Shown: positions 13,201 through 28,108 of the stretch, one piece after another
How positions within the stretch are numbered: the first letter of the stretch is position 1
Layout of the letters: every line of letters starts with the position of its first letter
Source: Azolla caroliniana
Lineage: Eukaryota > Plantae > Polypodiophyta
Assembly: GCA_043228905.1 (NCBI GenBank)
Contig: JBHGNT010000001.1
Span: forward strand, 37,200,001-37,264,000
DNA: 64,000 nt
Direction: 5' to 3'
The notes under the pieces: model-generated
Told to the model about the DNA's origin: nothing
Seen by the model: the letters and a program-made list of their open reading frames with translations, nothing else
Databases searched by the model: none
Translations under genes and position numbers: made by a program

Positions 13201-15170
13201 ATTGCAAGTCATCGATCACTGTATCAACGTTGTTCTTGTTGTTTGAGTTTATCGAATCATCTAGTGTTTTAGGTTTTTTAAATGTTCACCCATCTTGTGG
13301 AGCCTTCTACTAGAGAGATGATTGCTTGTGTAGTACAGAAAATGACTCCAAAAATGTCACATAAAAAAACCTAAGAAGCAATCAAAAGAAGCATTCGAAG
13401 TGAAGCAAATGAAACACAAAAGAAACCCTAAAACTGTAACATGAACAACATTGAACACCCTATAATAAAACAAGAGACCATGCAACAAAAAACACTAAAA
13501 TGCAATTAGGAACTCTAAAACAAACAAGAATTAGAATTAGAATTTGTATCATCCATAAAGAGGCCAATTTTGACATATGGGACCAAAGTATACATGTGTT
13601 CTTGATATGTGTTTCCTTCCTAAAAAGAGGTATTCATACATTGAAGTAAAAAACCTCTTCGCGTGAATATATATATTTATATATAGAGAGAGAGAGAGGG
13701 AGAGGGAGAGGGAGATGGGGTCTATAAGACAAATCATCATTACAAATTAGGGAATTCATGTTATCCGAACTGAAACAAAAAATAGCACAATCACTTTAAT
13801 GCACAGAGTGAAACGATATAGTTGATAGTTTGTGAGCTTGAAGTGCATAAATCACATGAGTGAATTGAGTGTTTTACAGGTCATGGTATCCCGGGATCAT
13901 TGGTGTAAACATGAAGCTGAGAAAAATTTCACAAACTGAAACTTGGTGTCCTTTTGCAGATAAAAAATGGTGATCAATGATCTCCATGATTTGCTGATTG
14001 TCAAATAATACCTTATTCCATTAGTCAATTTCAAGGGGTATACACTACCAGAAAGTAGAAAGTTTTTTATTGTAAAGCCATCATCAAACCCCATTATCAC
14101 ATGCATGCACCATGATCCTTAATGTCCTGCTGTTGCCATTACCATTGATGATTTGAATGCCTTACCTGGCATTGTTCAAATCTGGTCAACGAGATTCACT
14201 CTTCAGAATAATGTTTTCACATCATGGTGGCATGTTAATTCAGCTCACATTACCTGACATAGGCTGGAACCTTGCTATAATAATCAGTCATAAACATCAT
14301 GAATAGCAAACACTTTCTTATTGAATATGCGTAGGCTTGACGAGGCCATATTCAAGTACTATAAGCATTGGCTAAGAGTGAAATATATTTAACCACCTCA
14401 ACCAAAAAAATTATTGTTCGGGAGCTTTGTTCTACATTGAAGCAACGTTGTAGGAGCACGTTAAGAGAGGATGAGCATATACGTAGCATTTACTATGGAC
14501 GTGGCATTTGAGGAATCCTATATGTCCACAACCAACATCGAGAGGATAAGACAACTCGTATTGTATTCTACTTGATAACGGTGGGTTGGACTGCCATTTT
14601 TGGTGAACCCAAGGTGGGCAAGAATTATGCTCTCGACCTGTCTGGCCTTCATACGCACCTTGCACAAGAACTTAAAAAAACCACAGAAATGAATCTAATG
14701 CATACTTTAACACCATTAAATTACAAAAGAGAGTTGAAGGTTTTCTCTTCAAGCATTATAGAAGGAGCCACAGGCAATCCTACAGAATGATTGCACCAGA
14801 AAAGCCAAAATGGAAGATGGACTCATTCACGCAAATACCCTTTCACACATGTACCCTCATCTTCCCATCCAATCAAATGCCTCCTTTCAAGTCGCTACTT
14901 CCAAACATAATAGCGATTTCCAAAGAAAATCATCAGCAAAAATAGTTGACTCATTTTGTCCAAATATAGTGCGATAGTAGGGAGTCTGAAAGTCACCAAT
15001 TGTGGTAGAGTAGCATCGAGTGCCTACTTCTGATCCGGCTATGTGACTTAGGCATCAGTTCCAGTCTCTTTGAAGTTTGTCATCACCTGTCCTGACCACT
15101 CCAACAGAGTAAAAAGACCGTATTTATGTGCTAATGACAAGATCTCATATTTTTCAGTAAACTTTGCCAT

Positions 15171-18299
<3,129 letters not shown>

Positions 18300-19469
18300 T
18301 TTATCCCTCTAGGCTCTTTGGTACCAAAATAATGTTAAGAAAACATAAGTATGAGAACACAGTTTTCCATTTACCCAACCAATAAGCAGTATTCCACTTA
18401 ATGATATCATTAAGATGCCTTTTGTAATGCTTATAGACACCAACTACACAGAAAGATCCTGCAGAACAAGGATAGTGTAGTACACTTCCTATTGTACAGT
18501 GTTACCTCCATAACATCCTCCAAGATTCTTATTGTAAGAAGTTATCGCTTTCATAAGCAAATTATGGCAGTGTAAATGTGAATGTGATCTATGGATCTCA
18601 TATTCATCATAAAACCCTGAATCTTTTATCGTCAGAAGTTTTAGTTTTCAGTGGCAAATTATAGAAATTTAAAAGTTCTTCATATGGCCTATGTATATAA
18701 CAAAACCCCGTAGCTGTTAGTAAAAGAATTGCTGCGACATTTTATAATGCAACATGGAGATCTGAAGATGATAAATCCAACAATTTCATCAAATTACTGT
18801 AAAACTGGGGCTATCAGAGACGTCAAAAACTCTAAAATTGACCTGAGAGTTTGGACATCCAAGAACAGAGCAACCATACCCCGATAAGGGAAGTCTTAAG
18901 AGTGTGGAGACCCTAATTCAAGTCAACCAAGAAACAGAGAAAGGAGGCCACACCCGTAGGAGATGGGCTGAACTCTAGACTTTGAGCAGACATTGAGAAG
19001 AGCTTATAGACCCTAATTCAAATAAAGAAACGTAGACAGGAAGACATAACATTAGAAAAAACTAATCCAAAATCTATAAAGAGACCAAGAAGAAATCCTC
19101 ATAGGGGAGTGAACTTTGACTCAAAAACATAAGGCACCAGCAATAGGGACTTAAGTCTAGACTGTTAAAAAACGGGCAGAGGAACCCATAAACTCTAACA
19201 GAAGTGCGAGGGTAAAGAGATATTGGAGTCATAACATGAGCAAAAACGGATTCGAAATCTATGAAAAATCCGAGAGGAACATATAATAGGCGAGAACTCT
19301 AGTTCAGAAACAGATAAAGAAACACATCATAGGGAGAATGGGGGAAAACTAGCTCAAAAGAAGGCATGTATTAAGAAGGCGACAGTGATATAATTCAGAC
19401 GCAGACACTCACAACAGGAGAAGAACAAAAAGCTTAATTCAGAAACAGAGAAACCTTGATACAACAGGA

Positions 19470-19472
<3 letters not shown>

Positions 19473-19518
<46 letters not shown>
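19473..19518. repeat. (GA)n microsatellite in the GSK3 leader intron
   Basis: Perfect (ga)n run. Confidence 0.95.
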
Positions 19519-19523
<5 letters not shown>

Positions 19524-19866
19524 TAAAACTCTGATTGAGAAGAGGAAAAAGGAACACGCAACATTAGAGAGAAGAGAACGTCCTAAATCAAAAGCAGGGA
19601 AAGGAACATAAAACAGGAAGGAGGAAACCGAGAAAGAGAAGCAAAAACAGGAGAAAAAACTGAAACCCCAAATTCAGAAATGGAGGAAGGAGCACACAAC
19701 AGGAGACAAATGAGAAAAAACCTAATTCAGAAACATCAAAAGAAGCAGACAACTGAGAGAGAATCTAGGAAGGGAGAAGGAAAACCCTAATTCCAGAAGC
19801 AGGGAGAACGACATAAGAAACCTAATTTAGGGTCAGTTGAAGTGGAGATGGAAGAAACGAGCTTAC

Positions 19867-19965
19867 CTTTCTGCGTTCCCTCGGAGCTTCCTTGGTGAGA
19901 GAGAAGAAACAGTAGAGAAGAAGAAACACATAGAGAGAAAAACAGAGAGTGAGAGAACAGGGGTC
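19867..19965 (-). other. Probable non-coding first exon (5' UTR) of the GSK3 gene, upstream of a ~1.4-kb leader intron
   Basis: Strong donor AAG|GTAAGC on minus at 19866. The exon is CT-rich on the sense strand. Candidate acceptor TTGTTCTGCAG near 18459. Upstream boundary approximate. Confidence 0.6.
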
Positions 19966-20002
19966 AGTCTTACTTATTACGGGCTATAGCCGGTCCGCAT
20001 CT

Positions 20003-20040
20003 GGCACGTGAGAAAGACTTGTTCTGTCTTGGCACGTGCC
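20003..20040. promoter_or_regulatory. Paired G-boxes (GGCACGTG) in the GSK3 proximal promoter
   Basis: CACGTG at 20005-20010 and 20033-20038 (the latter within palindrome GGCACGTGCC), just upstream of the inferred first exon. Confidence 0.55.
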
Positions 20041-21799
20041 AGCCGTAGAATAATTTGTTTGAATTTTCAATTCCAAAGCACAATCCTCTCATAGATTCCT
20101 TGGTGGAGAGTTGTGTGTGTGCACTGTGGCCCATCACCAAGGTAACCACGAGACTCCATCGATCAATCATTTTAAGTTCTCTCTCACAGAGACTCTCCAT
20201 TAAGCCCAGGAGTCTCTCCATCGATCAGGTTCTCTCCCACTGAGAGACCATTAAGCTCATGCGATGCACCGCATGATGATGTTGTTAGAAGAAATGCACG
20301 CCATGCAAACAATCCCACCTAGTAGACATGAGACACTCCACATGATACTTAGAAAGAAAGTAGCGTAGAACCTTGTTCACGAGGTTGTTTTATAGAGACA
20401 TGTAGGTCTTGCGTTAAATTGTTGCTTTAACTTTGTTTGTAAGGTTACTTGATAGACACCATAAGGTCATGATGCCTTCAAGTACTACTAAATTTTGCCA
20501 CACTTGCATTTTCAACCCCGAGAACATTCCATAATGGCTTGTGGCATTTAGAGAGTAGTGCAAGCCTCACTCATAAGAATATCTTATAAATACCATGAAA
20601 CCATTGCATTCAACCGCTACATTTGTAACAACATGTGGCACGAAGAAATTGGTATTAATGTTGTCATTTGAACTTGGATTCCAATAAGTCAACACTAGAC
20701 ATCGGAATTGATAATGAGGTTCAAATCTTAGTTTCAATACATTCCAAAGAATCAGGGTAGTAGTGACTTGAATCTAGTTTGCAATTGATTGCAAAACATC
20801 AAAGAGTTCAACCACTACATGTTGCAGTGAGACTTGGTTACTGAACATGCATTTGAATCTGGCTTGCAAAACGTCAAATAGTTCAACCACTACATTTTGA
20901 AGTAGCATGCCTTAGTGAGACTTGAACTCCTGTTTTGATGGATTGTTGTAAGTCATTATGTCTGACAACATTAGTAACATGTTTCGTGTAGAAAACCATA
21001 TTGATAATGAGATTTGAACCTGAACTTTGAAATATTCTTGAAAGTCTTTTTGTGTATGGCTACTTTACTATGCAGTGAGATTTGAATGGGGGTGTATGGG
21101 GGGGAGACTGTGTGTATGTGTGTGAGAGAATTGTTTGGAGATCGTTGGCTCCTTAGTTAGATGTATTTGATATGACATGCATGTAGTTTCGGAGAAGCGA
21201 TAGTAGAACAAAAAACATACACTCTATGACTCTACCCATAGAGTCCCAACATGAGCTATAGGACAAATAATGAATAATAAACACTCTCTCACATCTGCAA
21301 GGGGGTGTAACAGGTATGTGTGTGTTTATGTCCGCAAGGGACAACAAGAAACAATGGTACTAATATTTGGTAACCTTGGATCATTAGTTTGGTACATTTG
21401 ATATGACATGCATGTACTTTAGGATAATTGGTGTAGGACCCACGATGATCATAGGACTTAGCAATTATAACAAAGCACTCTCCACATCCTTAACAGAGAG
21501 AAACACACATGTGTGTGTGTGTGTATTTGGTTCCCATTCCCCACAAGGGCCAATACAAGCAACGAGGCTAACATTTGTTACACAATAGCAACATGAACCA
21601 TATGACTAACAATCGTTGCAAATCACTCTCTTCATGCCCATTGGGGGCCATATAACACATTCTCCCTGGGCATGTAAGTGGGAGTTTTTAAAAGGAAAAA
21701 CAATGATAGTGATGGTTAATCATGCTTTAGGAAGATGAAAAGTAAGGACAAAACATTAAGAAATCATAAAAGTGAATGTTTCCCACCAAGTTCTCATAT

Positions 21800-23200
21800 T
21801 CATTGACCTTTACAAGTGCATCCATACTCAAACATCCTAAAATTTGAAGACAAGGACTCATTGAGCTTAGAGAGATTAAGGCTTTTGGAGATTAGGGACC
21901 TCTTGCTTAAGGAGGAGACCTTCAAAACTAAGTAGAGGAAGATATTTTTTTTACACATTTGGTATTTTACATTTTTAGAGTCCCTCTTTTCTCCTAGAGC
22001 TACACTCTAAAGTTTGTTTTGTATCTTAGGTGCAGTGCCTCTTGGTCCTCGATGTTGGCCTATGGTCCAATAATACCTCACATTGCAACATTTACATGGC
22101 AAGTCACTATCCCTCCATTCAAATTTAATGTCCTATTCGTTGAGTTGCATGCCAATTTGTCCCTATCAAACTAAAAACGATCCTTTATTTATCAAGGCCA
22201 AAAGGATGTTTCATAACCATCATATGGCCAATAATATGGAATGCCCTTTGGATTGTGGATTTAAGCAAGAACTATTCTAGATGGAAGAAGTGGCAAAGGA
22301 TGCGGGGCTACATAGTCAAGGGTGCAAAGCTTGGGGATGAATGAGATGATTGGGTCTTCTTCCAAAAAAATTGACACGTTTTTGGAGAATCAACAAATTC
22401 GATATTTGGGTATACATATCTCTCAATTATCTAGATACGATAAAGTGTTTAGGATTGAGTATAATTATATCTTAATTATCTTAAGTATGGTAGAGAGGTT
22501 AATGCATCCGCTTGAATCCTCCATCATGACCTCAATGTAAGAAAACTCTCCGAAGTAAGATGTGCACTTGAGGTAATAACACCTCATGAATGGTACACAT
22601 CAATTAGAGCAACTACGGCCTAGATGGAAGTGGGCATAGAAGCTAGTTCTGCCAATGACATAGCTAACAACAAGCAACCATCTATTGGTAAATTTAGCGT
22701 TCACATATTTTTGGGTGAAAAATTTCTTTTGGGGGGGACATTGTAGGTCCATTTATAGCAAAGTCATCATCCCATGGGAGTGTAATGTATTGCCACTCGT
22801 CATGTTAGATTGTGTAAATCATTGGAACTACACTATAAGTATTGAATAATGGAAAGAGAAGAGGGATTTATGGTATTATGGGAATGCACAACTTGTAAAA
22901 ATCAATAGTCATGATTAAATGGGATTTTGATGTGGTCCATTCAAGAACTGCATAGGAGTGTCATACCAACTATTGGAAGTGTTGAAGCACAAGTACAAGG
23001 AACCTTCGCCCAATTTTCAAGTTCATAATCAACAATGGCTCTCACTAGGAAGTATAGTTGGCCATAGCGTGGCCCTATCGCTGGCAGGCGTAGACTTCTT
23101 TTGTGATCAATATGGTTCTTTATAACCCATCAAAGGGCAAGTGTGGTTTTATAATGTGATAATATTTCCCACATCTCTCCTTCGATTGATTTTGAGCTCC
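21800..23200 (+). mobile_element. Highly degraded LINE-like RT remnant
   Basis: Fragment ENQQIRYLGIHIS (~22386-22424) resembles the LINE RT YLG motif. No intact ORF; boundaries approximate. Confidence 0.35.
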
Positions 23201-23844
23201 AAAACTCTAGTTTGAATTATAAACTGGATATTCATTAAATGAACAAATTCCAAAAGAAATACTTAATCTACATTTTTTAGCAACATATATAGAATTGTGG
23301 TATTTCTCATAATTACTCTTATTTCTTACAAGAATTAGAAATTCACCATAGGCAAACTCATACATAAACTTCTACAAATCTTGATAAATTCCTATAAAAT
23401 CATGGTATTGTCTCATCATTTCTATTATTTCACAGATGAAATGGAACCCCCACCTCCCCTTCCAATAGTCGTGGGTAATGCAAGCCAGTTGTGTTTTAAC
23501 CTCCATGGTGAATGTGGACAAGATTTACTAAACAATAAAAAAGTTATGATTTACTGAAGGAGTGACCTCTCCCTCTCCCCCTCTCTCTCAAAGTGGCCGT
23601 GTCTCCTAAACTAGGATTTGTACCAAAATTTCCTTTGTGACTTTGGTCTCATACAACATCGTGGCATTTTTAAAGACCTTAATAACATGGCATCTCATTT
23701 CTCTCATAAGTCATGTTATTGGCTTCTCGAGCACAATAATACACTATCATTGTCAATGTCATTGTCAACATCATTATCATTATCATCGTCATTGTCGTCT
23801 CTTCCTCGCTCCCATTATAGGTTGCCTTACCATTAGGGGACAAC

Positions 23845-23865
23845 TCCCTCCCTCCCTCCCTCCCT

Positions 23866-23926
<61 letters not shown>
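23845..23926. repeat. (CCCT)n(CT)n microsatellite upstream of the His-rich gene
   Basis: Directly visible. Confidence 0.95.
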
Positions 23927-23928
<2 letters not shown>

Positions 23929-24235
23929 TCTCGACATATTGTCATCAACACGTGAGCTTACACCCTCCCATTTGAAAAGGAAACTAGTTGCTAAACGATC
24001 CATCACTTCCTATGCTCATAACAAAGAAGACGCTCAAACTCCCCACATGCATACATACATACATAAAGCATTAATTGTTTCTCTTAATTACACAAAATAC
24101 CCCCCTCTCATTTACTCACAATACATTATACCCCTTTTTCCTTCCTCTTTTTACTATCTACTTAACTACCCCTCCTCTCCCCGCTACTATGTATAATGTC
24201 ATTCCAATTCCCTTTCTATATTGTCTCTGCGCACC

Positions 24236-25951
24236 ATGTATGATGATCGCACCATAGACAACAACCATGAAGCTCTCCTCTCCACTCCGTTTACTACTGC
24301 TCCTTCCAGCCCTACAACAAGAGACAACGACAATCGTGGCCATGGCCATGGCCATGATCACGATCATCTTCTTCTTGATAGCCCTGATGATTTTGATTTC
24401 AGTGCCAGATCCTCTGATGCTGGTGGCTATGGCTATGCCTCCACCACCACTAGCCCTATGTCCTCTGCAGAGGATCTCTTCCTCAACGGGAAGATCAGAC
24501 CATTGAATAGCCGCCCGAATCCTCATCACCCAAAACTTGGTGCCTATTGTTCACATGATTACTACTACTACTACTACAACTCCTGCCCCTACTGTCCACA
24601 GTTACAGATGGGTAGCCATGAGAAGAGTGCATTGGACATGTTGAAGAGAAGCGGTCTGGAGATCCGAAGGCAAAGCCCCGGGCGCCTTGCCGACATCGTC
24701 CCCGACCTTCACCACGCAGAGATTTGCCACATCATGCCCGGTCACCATGGCGGTGACGACATCATCATGCCCAATCATCATCACTATGGGGGGAACATTA
24801 ACCACATCATGCCCAAAGATCCTCATGGTGGGGAAGCTGGCCATACTGTGCTCAACCGTCGTCGCGGACTCGAATTTTGCCATGTCATGCCCAATCATCA
24901 TTGCGGCAGTGAAGTTGGCCGCACCATGGGTGACCATCATCATGGTAAGATTGGCCACATTGGGCCCAATCATCACCCTCGTGGTGATCCTAATGACATA
25001 TTGCCCAATCATCCCAAAATGTCCAATCATCCTGTGAACATCGTGGCTAAGCATCACAATCAAGTTAACCACATTGAGCCCAATCATCGTGGTGAATTTG
25101 GCCTCATCATGCCCAATCATCCTCATGGTGGTGAAATTAGCAATGCCATGCCCAACCATCATGGTAATGAGAATAGCGCAAACTTTAGTGGTGAGGCTTG
25201 CCATGTCATGCCCAAATATCGTGGCAAGCTGGGTGACATCATGTCCAACCACTGTGGCGAAATTGACCATGTCTTTCTCAATCATCATGGTCGTGAAATT
25301 AGACATTGTGGTGATGTAAAAAACACCAATATGCATCCCTATGATGATGACGATAATGATGTAAAGGACATCAATATGCATCCGAATCATCACGGAGATA
25401 TAAAAGGCATCAAAATCCATGGCCATAATCATCATGGTGATGTAAAGAAGAACTTCAATGTGCATCCCCATAATGCTCATTATCATGGTGATGTAAAGAA
25501 GAATATCATTGAACACCATCATAATAATCATGCCTCTCTTCGTCGACATATCGAAGCTGAGACTTGCGGTCGAAACATCCACCTCCACACACATAGACGA
25601 TCAAGGTCTCTCTCTCCCATGAAGGTAATCTACAAAGATGCATTTACCAATATGGCCCCTCCAAGGTTCTCTTTTGAGAGTCTTATTTACACCGGCTCCC
25701 ACGATCATAATAATGCACCCAAACCTATTAAGAGAACTCTCAAAGATCTCCTTGGGGACAACAAAATGCATGGATGTGATAACCATATTGTGTTCTCTGG
25801 GGCTCATCATGGGTGTGCATCCTCTCAAAGGCCCTTAGGCGAGGTCACAAAGAAGAGAACCTTCATTCCATTTGGAGGTAGCTTGTTGGCATGCCTTGGA
25901 TTCACAACCAAAAGCTATAGTTCCATGAAAGGTCTTCAAGTCCTAAAATGA
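24236..25951 (+). CDS. DUF1645/AR781-type plant protein with a large His/Met-rich repeat insertion, intronless, ~571 aa
   Basis: Family motifs in the expected order: STPFTTAPSSP, DDFDFS, MSSAEDLFLNGKIRPL, RRSRSLSP, LKDLL, KKRTFIPF..SLLACLGF. First in-frame ATG is 24236; the track's start at 24221 is TTG. Confidence 0.85.
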   Translation: MYDDRTIDNNHEALLSTPFTTAPSSPTTRDNDNRGHGHGHDHDHLLLDSPDDFDFSARSSDAGGYGYASTTTSPMSSAEDLFLNGKIRPLNSRPNPHHPKLGAYCSHDYYYYYYNSCPYCPQLQMGSHEKSALDMLKRSGLEIRRQSPGRLADIVPDLHHAEICHIMPGHHGGDDIIMPNHHHYGGNINHIMPKDPHGGEAGHTVLNRRRGLEFCHVMPNHHCGSEVGRTMGDHHHGKIGHIGPNHHPRGDPNDILPNHPKMSNHPVNIVAKHHNQVNHIEPNHRGEFGLIMPNHPHGGEISNAMPNHHGNENSANFSGEACHVMPKYRGKLGDIMSNHCGEIDHVFLNHHGREIRHCGDVKNTNMHPYDDDDNDVKDINMHPNHHGDIKGIKIHGHNHHGDVKKNFNVHPHNAHYHGDVKKNIIEHHHNNHASLRRHIEAETCGRNIHLHTHRRSRSLSPMKVIYKDAFTNMAPPRFSFESLIYTGSHDHNNAPKPIKRTLKDLLGDNKMHGCDNHIVFSGAHHGCASSQRPLGEVTKKRTFIPFGGSLLACLGFTTKSYSSMKGLQVLK

Positions 25952-27587
25952 TGTCCATGGGAGACTTTACGATGATGGATTTGCAGGAAGGGAGTTTACA
26001 ATGATTCATTTGAGAGAGAATTGTATAGGTTCAATTTGGCATGGCACAAAGGTGTTTTTTAGCACATACAAGCATTGGGCTTTTTGGTATGTATCCCATA
26101 CTTGACTATGAAAACATTCCATTCAATCCTTACAATGTCAAAATCCATAGTCAATGTAAAACTATTGAGGTTATGTAGACTTCTATGGAGCTGCATCTAG
26201 TGACAAGCTTGTATTCATAATCATATACAATGCTAGTTTATTAAATGGATTGGAATGGCATGACCTATTATATTTCACGACTTGGATTTACCCTCACATT
26301 CTTGTATATTGTACCATGTTCTCTATGAGAGTTGTTTTAATCGGTATTTATTATCCGTCCAGCTTTGAATCCTTATTGGAAAGATGTTTATAAATATGAC
26401 AAAAGGACATCTAGACTATTTTCTTTGAAGTAATGTTGTTGTCAATTCCCCTATATTATACAAGAAATGCAATATGCTCCTTATGTTGCTCATGCCAAGA
26501 TTTACTATTGATGTCATAGTGGTCACCACCTCACTTATAATACACCACATTTTGACAAGTCATCTCAATGGTGTTTCATCCCAATGTGTTGATATCGCCA
26601 ACTACACCATGTTACCAAACAAATCACAAATTTGGTCTTTATTGATCACAAATATATCCTGACATTATAGATGATGATTGAGCACACAAAGCAAGACGAT
26701 GTTAATCATCCATACCACAAATACACACAATAAGTGGCATTGTTCCATAAGTTCCAACCTAGCATAGTAAGCTAGAACGACAAAATACTTTGAGCATGTT
26801 CTCAACAAGTTTGGATAAGAAATTTTTTATTTTGGAAAGGATATTGAATGCATGCTTAGAAAGGAATAAAGAAGCATTTTTTTTCTAAGAAATGTTTTTG
26901 GTGAGGGAAATAAATAAATTGATCATTGATATCTAGATGGGTAGTATAAAATATGATACCTTTTGCATCCTTAATGGTAGTCATTTTGTATCTGGTTTTG
27001 CTTAAGAAGTTTCCCTTGATCAATAAATCCAACACGTGAGATGATGTTTTTTTTAAAGTCTTTATGTAACAAAAATGGTGTATATGTTTCTCTTTAGTCT
27101 CCACATGTAAAGAACCCCTCAATATCACAATCTATGTTCGTCATCTTATGCCAAGAAACTTTGTCAATTGTAATTCAGCTAGCAAAGTGATTAGAAGAAT
27201 GTAAAACATTGTATGATGTATCCAAGACTTTTATGTAGTTGAGATGCTTTGCAAGAACAAATGCATATATTTTGATGTGGTCTCCAATGTACGTACTTAA
27301 AAATCACATGTATGTTACTATTACATTTAAATTAATATGGCAAAGTGCAAACAATATTCATCCTCTAAGCGAATAGTGAAAGCATTTATGAGGAAACATT
27401 TACTATTTCTTCTCTAGAGAACCTTGGTTTTCTACTTCAGGTAATAATGAATAGGTGTTTTTACTTTGATGGTATTGTTGGGAATTGAACCCTACAATGA
27501 CATTTTTTGCTATGATTTGGCAATGCTTATAGTACCATCAGCATATGGATGGGTGTCCATTTAAAGAACTTTTAATCCATTCCTCCA

Positions 27588-28108
27588 ATATAGTCAATAG
27601 TTAACAAATCTGAAGGGTTTGCGAGGAATCATGCTTGTATGAAAATTGTAACACTATGCCTCAAAAATGTAATAGATGAAAGCGAGGATAATGATCACAT
27701 CCATTCTTGTTGGCTTAGACACCCTTTCACATGATGTTATACTCGATGTTCTCGTTGTATATTAATTGAGAACTAAAAGAACACGACGTGAGGTATTTTG
27801 TTGTAAATGTCAGTAAATGTTTTTTTAGTATGAAACACATGGAAGAATATAGTCAATCGTTAACAAATCTAAAGGGTTTGCGAGGAATCATGCTTGTATG
27901 AGAATTGTAACACTACCCCTCAAAAATGTAATAGATGGAAGCGATGATAATGATCACATCCATTCTTGTTGGCTTAGACACCCTTTCACATGATGTTATA
28001 CTCGATGTTCTCGTTGTATATCAATTGAGAACTAAAAGAACACAACGTGAGGTATTTTGTTGTAAATGTCAGTAAATGTTTTTTTAGTATGAAACACATG
28101 GAAGAATA
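27588..28108. repeat. 259-bp tandem duplication
   Basis: atatagtcaat(a/c)gttaacaaatct...gaaacacatggaagaata at 27588 and 27847, near-identical; a degenerate partial third copy follows to ~28230. Confidence 0.93.

Noticed and set aside
24602-25594. 330-aa antisense ORF rich in Met/Ile
   Set aside because: Shadow of the CAT-rich His repeats of the sense gene; no domain motifs.
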